A DNA stretch of 64,000 nt from a virus: positions 1-64,000 of IMG/VR virus record IMGVR_UViG_3300045999_002371, one strand, 5' to 3'. The notes under the pieces were generated by a model, which saw only the letters and a list, made by a program, of their open reading frames with translations, had not been told where the DNA came from and made no database searches. This document shows, in pieces, positions 54,213 through 63,998 of the stretch. The translations under genes were made by a program, and so were the position numbers. Each line of letters starts with the position of its first letter. Positions within the stretch are counted from its first letter, which is position 1.

Positions 54213-55715
54213 TTAGTTCAGCGTCTTTTGGCTGAGGTCGATGACGATGAACTCTGCTGGGTATTGCAACGCAACACCAACCTGGATATGGACTTCGCCG
54301 TTGGCGATTGATTGTGCACTGTTGTTCTCAGCATCACACTTAACGAAGTAAGCCTGTGCTGGAGTTGTGCCACGTAGACCACCTTGGTTTCTGTATTCGC
54401 CAAGGAACACATTGAGGACTGTGCGGATTTGTGCCCACAATTTTTCCTCATTGTTTTCGAAGATAGCGAACTCAGTAAGGTTCTTGATGTTCTTACGGAT
54501 GTAGATGAGAGAGCGACGCATATTGACATACTTGTTAGCAGTGCCATCTTGCTTCAATGTGCGAGCACCCATTACAGAGAGACCAGCGCCAGGAATCTGA
54601 CGGATTGGGTTTACTGGAGATGTGCTTGCGTTCATTGTGTCTAGTTCTGCAGATGAGAAAGACTTCTCTACAGATACGATTCCCTGGATTGCTGCACCGA
54701 TACCTGCTGGAGCCTTGAACACTCCACGGCTTGCATCAGTTGCAAGGTATAGACCTGTTACAGCACCTGCTGGACCAATCTTGCGGAGGGCTCCCGCACC
54801 ACGACCTAGTGGGTCAGCAATAAACAGGTGTGGGTAGTAGACAGCAGCGTTGCTTGAGTCTGTAAGTGAACCAGCAAAAGACACTGCGTTTGCAACCGTT
54901 AGATTTGGATCAGTATCAATAACAACAAATCCGTTGTTTGATTCTGACCATGAGGTTGCTGCGTCAAATACATCTGCAACACCTGATGATAATGCGTTAA
55001 CTCCAGGTAAGAAGAATACAAGTGGGCGATCAAGTGATGTGAAGTCTTCAAAGACTGAAGCAGAGGCTCCTTTATAGGCTGTGTAGTCAGCAGCGACTAC
55101 AGCAGTTCCGTTTGATCCACCTGTTAGAGGGTAAGTGTTTGTACTAGGAGTTCCTGAGTCACTGTTGCTGATTGTAATGCTTGGTGATACTAGGTTGATT
55201 ACTGTCTCTGCATAGTCACTGGACGTTGAGTCATCAAATACGATGTTCTCATAACGTTCAAGCAAAATATCATCGGAGATGTCATCTGCTACACCAGATT
55301 CTTTGTAAAGAGTAAGGGTGTAAGTTCCATTTACAGATCCAGGAGCAATAGTAACACGAAGGTTGTTACCATCTGTTCCCGCATTTTTTGCTGTAACTGT
55401 TGCTATAACATCATCTCCTGAAGTAACAATGTCTGTTGTTGCAGCATCAGCATCTGAGTGTAGAACTCTCTTTACATAAAGTTCACGTCCACCATTTGCA
55501 AAGAATGAGCCAACCTGGAAGGTTGCTGGGTATGAGGCGTTGTAGCCTCCAAAGTTCTTAGTAAATTCATACCAAGATGAAACAAGCGTTACGGCTTCTG
55601 GGCCTTGTGCAAAAGGTGCAACAACTGCGCCAGCAGCATTAGCAGTAACACCACCTGGTAGTGGTGCTGGTAGTAGGCGTTCACTGATGTAAACACCTGG
55701 GCGGCTATATGCCAT
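54213..55715 (-). CDS. Contractile tail sheath protein
   Basis: RPGVYI.E, FF.NGG, AVYYP, GVFKAPAG, GARTL, Y.N.RR, FE.N, PAEF. Confidence 0.95.
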   Translation of the reverse strand: MAYSRPGVYISERLLPAPLPGGVTANAAGAVVAPFAQGPEAVTLVSSWYEFTKNFGGYNASYPATFQVGSFFANGGRELYVKRVLHSDADAATTDIVTSGDDVIATVTAKNAGTDGNNLRVTIAPGSVNGTYTLTLYKESGVADDISDDILLERYENIVFDDSTSSDYAETVINLVSPSITISNSDSGTPSTNTYPLTGGSNGTAVVAADYTAYKGASASVFEDFTSLDRPLVFFLPGVNALSSGVADVFDAATSWSESNNGFVVIDTDPNLTVANAVSFAGSLTDSSNAAVYYPHLFIADPLGRGAGALRKIGPAGAVTGLYLATDASRGVFKAPAGIGAAIQGIVSVEKSFSSAELDTMNASTSPVNPIRQIPGAGLSVMGARTLKQDGTANKYVNMRRSLIYIRKNIKNLTEFAIFENNEEKLWAQIRTVLNVFLGEYRNQGGLRGTTPAQAYFVKCDAENNSAQSIANGEVHIQVGVALQYPAEFIVIDLSQKTLN

Positions 55716-55746
55716 TTTTTCTCCTAACTAGTTGGGTAAGGGTTCC

Positions 55747-56424
55747 TTATGGTGCCGTTATTGTGATCGGATCTACAGCGGTAAACTCGCCACGACCAAT
55801 GACTTGGCTGCCAGTTGTACCTGTAACGTTGAGTTCTTGGACCTTGTATAGTTTGTTGAATGTGGTAGGAGCGATCTCACTAGAGATACGCACCGTTATT
55901 GCGTTTACGAATAAACGCTTTCCTTGCTCTGTAATATCTCGCTTAGAGATATCAAGAACATCCAGACGACGTGTAGTTCCGAACTGGGTATCTGGACCCA
56001 CGTTCAAAACTGCAAATCGCAATGGAATCTTTGTGTACAGCAACTGCGCCAAGATTTGACGGTCATGGCGTGGCTGACGTGCATATGTAGTAATTTGGTA
56101 ATCAATATTTACTGGGATTGGATAGTCCATAGTCTTATCGTGCAGATCTGAGTCCCAGTCAACACCTGTTGCCATAGTGTCTGGGTCTGCGTAATAAGGA
56201 GCGTTTACTTTACCGCGATGTGCACGATCAAATGCTTCTGCAATATCAATCATGTCAATAGTGATGTAAGGGTATGACTGACTGCGGATTTCCTGATCAG
56301 GCTGACCAAACCACACGCCTACTTTGCGTTGTGGTCCATCTTCAGTAACGGACTTTTGGTCAGTAACTACCATGTCCTTAAGAAGATTGCGAAGTGCTTC
56401 ATCTTCGTCTAATAAGAAACTCAT
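55747..56424 (-). CDS. Tail terminator/neck protein
   Basis: Immediately upstream of the sheath gene; YP.ITI, P....YQI. Confidence 0.65.
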   Translation of the reverse strand: MSFLLDEDEALRNLLKDMVVTDQKSVTEDGPQRKVGVWFGQPDQEIRSQSYPYITIDMIDIAEAFDRAHRGKVNAPYYADPDTMATGVDWDSDLHDKTMDYPIPVNIDYQITTYARQPRHDRQILAQLLYTKIPLRFAVLNVGPDTQFGTTRRLDVLDISKRDITEQGKRLFVNAITVRISSEIAPTTFNKLYKVQELNVTGTTGSQVIGRGEFTAVDPITITAP

Positions 56425-56738
56425 AGGTGAGCCTCCAGATGCTTGAATAGGCGGTTGACTAAAAAGTTCTCTGACTCAGCGGTGCGGTTTGCTGTATGAC
56501 GAATTGCCCCACTAGGTTGTCTGTCGGGGGTTCCATACTCATGATCAAGTGCCTCTGCATGATGCTTCTCATTCACATTAGCAGTAAAGCCGTCCTTGTT
56601 ATAGGCCACACTCATGCCGCTCACGACGTGCGATGGCCATCCAGTTGCTTTAGCCTCTGCACGAAGATGCGCTCCTACAAGACGGGAGGTCTCGTGGCTT
56701 GCTTTATGGATAGAGTTAAGGACGTGGTCTTTCTTCAC
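56421..56738 (-). CDS. Neck/tail-completion-like protein
   Basis: EYGT motif; context. Confidence 0.55.
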   Translation of the reverse strand: MKKDHVLNSIHKASHETSRLVGAHLRAEAKATGWPSHVVSGMSVAYNKDGFTANVNEKHHAEALDHEYGTPDRQPSGAIRHTANRTAESENFLVNRLFKHLEAHL

Positions 56739-56923
56739 TTTTTTTTCCTGGCTTTCGCAACGGATTTGCCAGCAACTTTTCCACCGACGTAGCCTGCGAT
56801 AAGACCAGTAATAATTGGTTGTTTGTCTTTAGGACGACCGCCGAACATGCCACGCATGAAATTCTCGACTTCGTCTTTGCCGTTTAATTCAGCGGCACGC
56901 TCATACCAAGGCTTATAGCCCAT
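56735..56923 (-). CDS. Small basic protein (start reassigned to MGYKPW)
   Basis: AAGGGG RBS. Confidence 0.55.
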   Translation of the reverse strand: MGYKPWYERAAELNGKDEVENFMRGMFGGRPKDKQPIITGLIAGYVGGKVAGKSVAKARKKK

Positions 56924-56994
56924 AATTAATCCCCTTATCGCAAGCAGTGGGACTGCACAGGCACCGCAGTGGTGATCTGATATTGCAATGATAA

Positions 56995-57020
56995 ATGAAA
57001 AAGCCACCCGTAGGTGGCTT
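56995..57020 (-). terminator. Rho-independent terminator
   Basis: AAGCCACC-TACG-GGTGGCTT followed by T-rich sequence on the - strand. Confidence 0.8.
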
Positions 57021-57025
57021 AGTCA

Positions 57026-58519
57026 TTACTTCTTTTTAATCTTTTTAACTATGGCTTTATCCATCTTGGTGTCATCTTCTTGAGACTTAGGCTTTCGGTG
57101 CTTCTTGTCCATCTTATCAAACATTGCCTTCTGCGCTTTGTCTAGACCCTTGGTGGTCTTGGCATCCTGCTTCTTGTCTGAGGCTTTGGTGTATTTCACT
57201 ACATGCCTTTTTTCTTGTTCATAGTCATCTTTGGCGCCTTACCCTTTTTAAGGGCTTTGAAGTCAGCGCCAGTGATCTTGTCTGTTGGCTTTGCTGCCCC
57301 AGCAATCTTCTGCTGCTTAGGAGTAAGAGTCTTCTTTATCACTTCTTGTCCTTTGAACTCTTCTTGATGTCTTTCTTCTTGATCTTGCCTTTATGAGGAC
57401 CTTTACCGTACTTTGGATGGGTCTTGTCTTTCTGTCCACAGCCGCATGTAGCGCACATAGTTACTTGCCTTTCGATTGTTTTGAGGCCCACATGTTGTCA
57501 ACGAGATTTGGGTAAGGACGACCAGCCTTTGCTGCTCGTGCCTTTGCCGCACTCTTTGCTGATGATGACAACGGTGTAGACTTCTTCTTTGGGTTTTTGG
57601 TATTCCAAACTTCTTTAGCCATTAGCAATCCCACTTTCTTAATGCTAGAGCCTTGCGTGTTGGCTTGCCGTTCTTCTCCATAGGACCTTCCATTCCGCCC
57701 ATGCGTGCACAGAATGACTTACGTCGTGCTGCAGACTTAGGAGACTTCTTTGCTTGCTTTGCAGATACTGGAGGTTTTAAATCTGAACCAGGGTTTGCCT
57801 TTTCGTAGGACTTACGTCCCTTCTCGTTAAGACCGCCCTTTGAATTCTTACCTTCTTTGCGTTGCCATGCCTCTGACTTAGCCATTCTTCTTATGCCAAT
57901 CTTTAGTCGCCTTTACTCCTTGGGCAATTGTCTTTGCCCCAGCCTTCTTTGTCAGGTTTATCTTGTCGTATGCTCCACCTCGTTTTGCGTGGTCTACGAT
58001 TACATCACCCTGCTTGTTCTTCTTGATGGTGTGCACTTCACGGGCTGGCTTACCAGGTACTTTGATGCCAATTTTTATTGGTTTTTCTACTTTTTTCTCA
58101 GGCATTACTTTCTCCTAAATAATTTTGATAAAAGTACAAAAAGTTTATTCTCTAAGTTTCCTTCAGGAGTTTCACCGTAATGGTGCCAAGAGTAGTGCTT
58201 ACGATCTTGCATAGCCTTTGAAAAGTATCTACGAGGCATTACTTCTTCTTCTTTTTGGCCATGCCTGCTTCGCTCATTGCAATAGCGACAGCCTGCTTCT
58301 TTGACTTTACTACTGGACCCTTTTTAGATCCGCTATGAAGTTTGCCTTCTTTATACTCTTTCATAACTTTTTCTACTTTACCTTTTTTAACCGCCATTAA
58401 CTATCCTCCCAATCAAGGTCTTCCTCGTCTAAGGCGTGCTTGTCATAGTCGAGGTCATCCAAGTCTACCTCTTCATCCTCAAAGAGCGAAGGGTCTAACT
58501 CTGTCTCAAAGTCATCCAT
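57026..58519 (-). other. Run of about 9 coupled mini-ORFs, mostly very Lys-rich (incl. 57026-57199, 57199-57342, 57622-57885, 57878-58105, a DUF6496-like KVMKEYKEGKLHSG ORF) plus one highly acidic ORF
   Basis: Manual translation and ORF track; overlapping start/stop codons. Confidence 0.65.
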
Positions 58520-58540
58520 GATCTCTCCCTATCTTTCGTA

Positions 58541-59767
58541 CTAGCCTAAGAACACCACTGCAGACAACCAAGCAGAAGCCTCATGTGGAATAACTCCTCC
58601 ACTAGTGCCGATGGTTATGTACGAAGCATCAGATGTTCCATATTTCTGCACTAACACCACATGATCTACTGACGGTCTGTAACCTGTAGGTAGAGTAAAA
58701 GCCACAGTCTCACCTGTTCCTCCACTTACGTTTCCACGTAAGAACACTACGTCGTTTAATTTACGGTAGGCAACATTGTTTCCAACAAAACTATTATCAA
58801 AAGAATTTACTGAAACCCAACCACTGTCAGATACGGCAGCCTCAGCACCCTGAACCCCCTGTGTACCTTGTGTCCCTGTAGTTCCTTGGGCGCCATCTGT
58901 ACCTTGTGTGCCTTGAGTTCCCTCTCCAGTTGCTCCTTGGGTTCCTTCAGCGCCTTGAGAACCGCTTGTACCCTGCGTACCTTCTGTACCCTGAGTACCA
59001 GCGCCCGTTGCTCCTTGAGAACCAACTGCACCCTGTGTTCCAAGTGTTCCTTGAGCACCATTTGCTCCTTGTGTACCTTGAGTTCCTGCACCAGTTGCTC
59101 CTTGAGTACCAAGTGTTCCTTGAGAACCAGTGGCTCCTTGAACTCCTTGAACAGAAGCGCCCTGAGTACCTTGAGTTCCTTGAGCCTGTGCAAATCCTGC
59201 ACCAGCAGTTCCTTGCGTTCCTTGCACACCACGGTTTCCTTGTACGCCTTGAGTTCCCTGTGCTCCTACATCTCCGTCTACACCTTTTGTACCTTGTGAG
59301 CCTTGTGTGCCTTGGGCTCCAAGACGCCCCTGTGCTCCTTGTGCTCCTTCAGTACCACGAGAACCTTGCACACCTTGAGTACCTTGAGCACCATCTACCG
59401 CAGCAGTCCCTTGTGCACCACGAGTTCCTTGTGCACCACTTGATCCTGCTGAACCTTGAACACCTTGCGAACCGCGAGTTCCTTGTGTACCTTGCGTTCC
59501 GTTATCGCCATCAACACCTTGTGCACCAGCACGACCCTGCACACCTTGCGTGCCGTTAGTTCCGTTAGAGCCACCAGTACCTTGGGCACCAGTTGCACCA
59601 CGAGATCCTTGAACTCCAGTACGACCCTGTACGCCCTGCGTGCCTTGTGATCCTTCAAGACCGTCATTGGTCTCGATGCTCTGAACACGGCTGTTGAGAT
59701 CTTGTAGAGATGCATTGAGAGTTGTATCCCAATTTGCTTGGCCCCTAGTAGGTAGAGTGAATGTCAT
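58541..59767 (-). CDS. Collagen-like (Gly-X-Gln) fibre protein
   Basis: Long GTQ/GAQ/GVQ triplet tract; C-terminal DSGW...YRK...V.LRG...FTLP.GYRP fibre domain. Confidence 0.9.
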   Translation of the reverse strand: MTFTLPTRGQANWDTTLNASLQDLNSRVQSIETNDGLEGSQGTQGVQGRTGVQGSRGATGAQGTGGSNGTNGTQGVQGRAGAQGVDGDNGTQGTQGTRGSQGVQGSAGSSGAQGTRGAQGTAAVDGAQGTQGVQGSRGTEGAQGAQGRLGAQGTQGSQGTKGVDGDVGAQGTQGVQGNRGVQGTQGTAGAGFAQAQGTQGTQGASVQGVQGATGSQGTLGTQGATGAGTQGTQGANGAQGTLGTQGAVGSQGATGAGTQGTEGTQGTSGSQGAEGTQGATGEGTQGTQGTDGAQGTTGTQGTQGVQGAEAAVSDSGWVSVNSFDNSFVGNNVAYRKLNDVVFLRGNVSGGTGETVAFTLPTGYRPSVDHVVLVQKYGTSDASYITIGTSGGVIPHEASAWLSAVVFLG

Positions 59768-59782
59768 GAGAGATTACCTTTC

Positions 59783-60388
59783 TTACGAGCCATACTCACC
59801 AGTGCCATAACCATCAAACCCATAGTTATTATTGGTGTTGATAGTTGCAGCAGTCTGGTATGGGATTGATTGAAATTGCGGATCATTAACGAGTTCTTCA
59901 GCATTGACCTGATTGCAATCGATAGTGACGACTGAATAGCGCTCTTTGTAGAGACCACGAGGAAGGACACGGGTAGGAACGAACACGGTGTCATGAAATA
60001 CGACACGGTCTTTAATGTGTAACGCTGGATCTGTGATCATTGCTGGAAGAAGTCTATTGATATCTGCTACAGCAACTACTAAGCGCAATGTATCCGTGGT
60101 GTAGTAACCGCGCTCATTCATGATGTTAGTGCCACGAAGTTGTTGGGCCATAATTACAGGGAGTTTGAATGGCTCAGTCCAGCGGCGACCCTTACCCTCT
60201 TCCTGGTTAGAGACGTCGTAGATGGGATCAACAAAGATGTCGTAATCTGCAGCCAGGGCTTCGGCATCCCAGAGCCACCAGTCCACCTCAGTACCTACGG
60301 GGTCACGAAGTTCGTCAACGATGCCTTCATCCATTGACATAGTTTCGTAGTCGATCTTAAACCGACCCTGCACCTTGTTACCACGCAT
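59783..60388 (-). CDS. Head-closure/neck-like structural protein
   Basis: ORF track (start reassigned to MRGNK); context. Confidence 0.55.
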   Translation of the reverse strand: MRGNKVQGRFKIDYETMSMDEGIVDELRDPVGTEVDWWLWDAEALAADYDIFVDPIYDVSNQEEGKGRRWTEPFKLPVIMAQQLRGTNIMNERGYYTTDTLRLVVAVADINRLLPAMITDPALHIKDRVVFHDTVFVPTRVLPRGLYKERYSVVTIDCNQVNAEELVNDPQFQSIPYQTAATINTNNNYGFDGYGTGEYGS

Positions 60389-60495
60389 AGTAAGATTATC
60401 TCTTATCAAACATAAAACTGTACCCTATACCCTTTACCATAGTGTATAGTTTGATAGTCCAAGACTTTAGAGACAATGGCAGGAGTTTATTATTA

Positions 60496-60668
60496 TGGCA
60501 GTTTATACAGTGGGTTTTTGGGCCCTTACTCTTACGGGCACTAAAGGTGACAAAATTAACTCTTTTTCAGGAGAGTTTGAGTCTGAACTGGAAGCATTGG
60601 AAAGTCTGAATGATGCCTTCCGTGAAGAGTATGATGGCAACTTTATAAGTGAGATTGAAGTACTCTAA
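60496..60668 (+). CDS. Small hypothetical protein (MAVYTVGFW...), not in ORF track; end approximate
   Basis: Manual translation; AGGAG RBS. Confidence 0.5.
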
Positions 60669-60691
60669 CCAGTCACTAGGGGGCAGCAGTA

Positions 60692-61417
60692 GTGCGTGTA
60701 TTTAGAAGTAAAACTTTTTTTGTTCGACCTGACGTAGGAGTACCTGAGGCGTACCCAGTTGTTTCTTCGTACAAGGTTATCCCAGAATGGTTTAAACGTC
60801 TTTCTCCATACATGGCTATTGGTGGGGGCAGTGTTCTCACTAGGGGATTGCAATTAGGAGGTGGGGGGCCAAACCTCACAGTAAAGAAGTGTGTCCCATT
60901 TTTAGACGCACTCAGTACTGGTTACATGATCTGTGCTAATGCGGATGTTCAAGTTGTTATTGAGAACGGGGAACAGCAGTTTAAGTGGACAGCCTTCAGT
61001 ACTTTTGTTACTTCTCATATCCCTGGTCAACTTGGAGAGTTCACAGTCCCTGAAACCTATAGTAAACAACCTTGGAAATGGATGAACCCGTGGTTTGTTC
61101 AAACTCCTCCAGGATATAGTTGCTTGATAACTCACCCCCTAAATAGACCTGATCTTCCTTTTTACACTTTTAGTGGAGTTATTGACACAGACAGCCATGA
61201 TATAAACATTAATCTTCCTTTTATTTTAAAAAAAGATTGGGAAGGAATAATTGAAAGGGGAACTCCACTTGCACAAGTTTTTCCTTTTAAGAGAGATGAC
61301 TGGAAATTAGAGACTGGGTTAGCCTACGAACATGACAGACATTTACGAGTTCATAAAACGACTATTCACTCTCGCTATAAGAAGTTATTTTGGTCAAAAA
61401 AGGTTTACTCTAGTTAA
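60692..61417 (+). CDS. Uncharacterised beta-clip/dUTPase-like-fold phage protein (paralog A)
   Basis: PEWF, KKC.PFLDA...GY, NPW...TPPGYS.L..HP.N, G.IDTD, GTPLAQVFPFKR..W. Confidence 0.75.
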   Translation: MRVFRSKTFFVRPDVGVPEAYPVVSSYKVIPEWFKRLSPYMAIGGGSVLTRGLQLGGGGPNLTVKKCVPFLDALSTGYMICANADVQVVIENGEQQFKWTAFSTFVTSHIPGQLGEFTVPETYSKQPWKWMNPWFVQTPPGYSCLITHPLNRPDLPFYTFSGVIDTDSHDININLPFILKKDWEGIIERGTPLAQVFPFKRDDWKLETGLAYEHDRHLRVHKTTIHSRYKKLFWSKKVYSS

Positions 61418-62171
61418 ACGCTTTTCTAGTCCATGCGTTCCTTTTGTACCAACCATGTAAAGTGCTTCGTGCTTTTTGACGTGAACGAGCGCTCTCTTCA
61501 TATAGGTTCGGGTTTAATTCTGCTTTCCACTCTTCTCTCTTAAAGGGGAAAACCTGCGCTATTGGAGTCCCTGCAGGGATTACTCCATAAAAATCTTTTT
61601 TAATAAAAACAGGGAAATTTCCACCACTTGTAAACTTGTCATTATCTATAACCCCTGTAACGGTTACGAATGGCAAATCAAATCTGTTTATAGGGTGGGT
61701 GTACAAAGCGCTATATCCTGCGGGTAGTTTGACTGCCCACGGAACTCTCCACGCCAAGTGTGTGTCGGCACACCCCATGGGTATAGGAAGTGTTGGGTTT
61801 AGATTTTGATCTCGAACTTCTACAGGCGCTAACGTTCCTGTCCAACTTAACTTAGATTTGGTTTCTTCTTCTGGGTCAACAGTTATCCAGATGTCTGTCC
61901 AAAGCGTAATGGTGTACCCCAAAGTAATTCCGTCAAAAAATGAAATACAACTTTTGAATCCTAAATCTGGAAGAAAGGACTCTTTTCTGGGGTCAAAACG
62001 ATTGCTCGTACGAAAAAAAGTAGCGTCTTTATACCAATCAGGAAGAAAGTTTTTTGCAGGAGAGGGAGGATCTAGTTGTGACAACTCTAGGCGTTGATCA
62101 GATAAAGTAGCACCTGTAGCACAAAACTCAATCTTTTTTGTAGAGGAGTTTTGCTTCAAGAAGTTTTTCAT
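61410..62171 (-). CDS. Uncharacterised beta-clip/dUTPase-like-fold phage protein (paralog B)
   Basis: Same motif series as the 60692 ORF. Confidence 0.75.
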   Translation of the reverse strand: MKNFLKQNSSTKKIEFCATGATLSDQRLELSQLDPPSPAKNFLPDWYKDATFFRTSNRFDPRKESFLPDLGFKSCISFFDGITLGYTITLWTDIWITVDPEEETKSKLSWTGTLAPVEVRDQNLNPTLPIPMGCADTHLAWRVPWAVKLPAGYSALYTHPINRFDLPFVTVTGVIDNDKFTSGGNFPVFIKKDFYGVIPAGTPIAQVFPFKREEWKAELNPNLYEESARSRQKARSTLHGWYKRNAWTRKAFN

Positions 62172-62946
62172 CTATTCTCCAGTTTGTATAGGTTACCTTG
62201 TTATTGGGGTCTTTCAGAACCGTTTCATACGCCTGTAAAAACAACAGATCGCCTTCTTCTGGAGTAGATACTATGCTCTCTGTTATAGGGATGTCAACAC
62301 CGTAGGTCTCTTGTAACTTTGTCAGAGTGTCAACACTCAACACATTTTTCCAAAAACCTGTATACCCATTACCCATAGGAGTTAATGCTTTTTTTACAGT
62401 TTTTTCTTTTTCTTCTAGTTCCACTGGGGTTCCTACTAGCCTAGTCAATAAAGCAAGTTCTTTACTCCTCGTTTCAGCGTCCTTAGAGGTTAGTGCGTCG
62501 TAGTTAACCACAGGAAAATGTTTTTTCCACAAATTAAAGTTGTAGTAAAAAAAGAAAAAAGACTTTACTTGTAAAGAAGCAACAAATTCTGAAGAATTTA
62601 TAGGTACATCTACCTTGTCGAAAGCAGCGTAAGAAAGTAAGTTGTCAAGTAGATTACGCTCTACAACAAGGGTAGTGACTCCTTTTTCTGCCAGTAGAGT
62701 AGAGTGTAGAGAAGAAATCCCTTCTTCAGGCACTACTTTTCCGTCTTGTAGTCCAACAAAAGGTGCATTGTAAAAAGGGTGAGCGCCCACAACGTACTCA
62801 GAATAACGTGTAGGAAGAGGTGTGCTCCCCAACGAATACGGCAAGTAATATGGGAGGGCTAAACTTTTAGCAATACTTCGTACTACTAAGTGTGTTCCTG
62901 ATCTAGGTATAGTTAGAACCACTATCTTAGTGGCTGGTTGCTCCAT
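62128..62946 (-). CDS. Sulfotransferase-like protein
   Basis: 5'-PSB loop PRSGTHL; 3'-PB motif RNLLDNLLS; YD.L; G..G.WK. Confidence 0.75.
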   Translation of the reverse strand: MEQPATKIVVLTIPRSGTHLVVRSIAKSLALPYYLPYSLGSTPLPTRYSEYVVGAHPFYNAPFVGLQDGKVVPEEGISSLHSTLLAEKGVTTLVVERNLLDNLLSYAAFDKVDVPINSSEFVASLQVKSFFFFYYNFNLWKKHFPVVNYDALTSKDAETRSKELALLTRLVGTPVELEEKEKTVKKALTPMGNGYTGFWKNVLSVDTLTKLQETYGVDIPITESIVSTPEEGDLLFLQAYETVLKDPNNKVTYTNWRIDEKLLEAKLLYKKD

Positions 62947-62973
62947 GTTATTGCTCCTCATTACTCCTAATGA

Positions 62974-63264
62974 TTAGGGAAGTTCAGTTGGGTATGGTTC
63001 AATAGGGACGATCCAAGTTAACAGGATCTCATCCCAACCTAAAGAATCTTCTGGTTCTGGTCTTCGAAATATCTCACCAAAAAAGTCACCACCTATGAAA
63101 GCATGCCCAGTCTCCTCTGTCTGTAAAACCACAGAGTCTGCGGCCTCACTTTCCAGGAACACGTGCTTAAGTTCTACAGGTAGTGGTTCTTTAAAGTACA
63201 AGACATTCTTAACAAAGTTATTCTCATCTAAAAAAGCGTAGTAATACTCATCATTAGTTACCAT
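62974..63264 (-). CDS. Small tail-fibre-associated protein
   Basis: YAFLDENN.V.NV...A.IG...F..P.P....WD.....W. Confidence 0.7.
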   Translation of the reverse strand: MVTNDEYYYAFLDENNFVKNVLYFKEPLPVELKHVFLESEAADSVVLQTEETGHAFIGGDFFGEIFRRPEPEDSLGWDEILLTWIVPIEPYPTELP

Positions 63265-63998
63265 GATATGTACACACTTCCGTTATTTCCAGCCGTTGCG
63301 GCAACTCTAGGAGCAGAGGGGCCTTGACCTGAGCCATAACCACCATTACCACCATTAGGTCCCCCACCTGGAGCAGTTGCAGGGCTGAAGTTGTTTGCAG
63401 CAGTAGATCCTGGAGGCGCTCCGCCACCACCTGCTCCGTTACCGAATGCACCAGTTGCACCAGCACCACCGCCACCGCCACTAGTTAATGGGGTTCCGTT
63501 GATTCCTGTAGTGCCTCCCGAACCTCCAGGAGTTGAATTAGGAGCAAAAGAGCCATAACCTGCGGCTGAACCGCCACCGCCACCTCCACCAACGCTTAGG
63601 CTGATGCTAGTGTTCTGTGGGACAGACTGAGTAGAACTGCCTGTGTATCCAGCACCGCCACCTCCACCTGCGCCTGGCCATGAGTTAGAAGATGGCTTTC
63701 CAGATCCTCCACCGCCACCTCCTCCTCCACGGTTAGAGTAGGAGACCGTCGTTACTCCTAGAGGAATAAAGGCTGTAGTTGTAGATGCAGCAAAAGCAGA
63801 GCCTGATGCATAAGGCACCATTGCGTTACTTGTTCCAGAGGTAGCAGATGTTCCATTAGCGTTTACCGCAACAACAGTTCCTGTAAAACTTGTAGTTGTA
63901 GTTAGCCCTGAGAAGGACACTGTTCCTGACCCCGTGTTAGTGGCATTTCCACCATTTGCATAACCTGTGTAAGTGCTAATCGCTTTACCGCCAGTAGC
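63258..63998 (-). CDS. Gly-rich tail fibre/adhesin with FN3-like domain (5' end outside window)
   Basis: Frame is open to the window edge; SGL...V.AVNANG.S..S FN3 pattern; GGGGGG repeats. Confidence 0.8.
   Translation of the reverse strand, partial: ATGGKAISTYTGYANGGNATNTGSGTVSFSGLTTTTSFTGTVVAVNANGTSATSGTSNAMVPYASGSAFAASTTTAFIPLGVTTVSYSNRGGGGGGGGSGKPSSNSWPGAGGGGGAGYTGSSTQSVPQNTSISLSVGGGGGGGSAAGYGSFAPNSTPGGSGGTTGINGTPLTSGGGGGAGATGAFGNGAGGGGAPPGSTAANNFSPATAPGGGPNGGNGGYGSGQGPSAPRVAATAGNNGSVYISW

Noticed and set aside
58840-59660. 9-bp periodic DNA repeat as a regulatory array
   Set aside because: It is fully explained by Gly-X-Gln collagen-like coding in one frame.
12708-60400. Numerous + strand ORFs of 60-220 aa in the ORF track, and - strand ORFs within 1-12.7 kb
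   Set aside because: They are antisense or alternate-frame shadows of well-supported genes, with no RBS or recognisable motifs.
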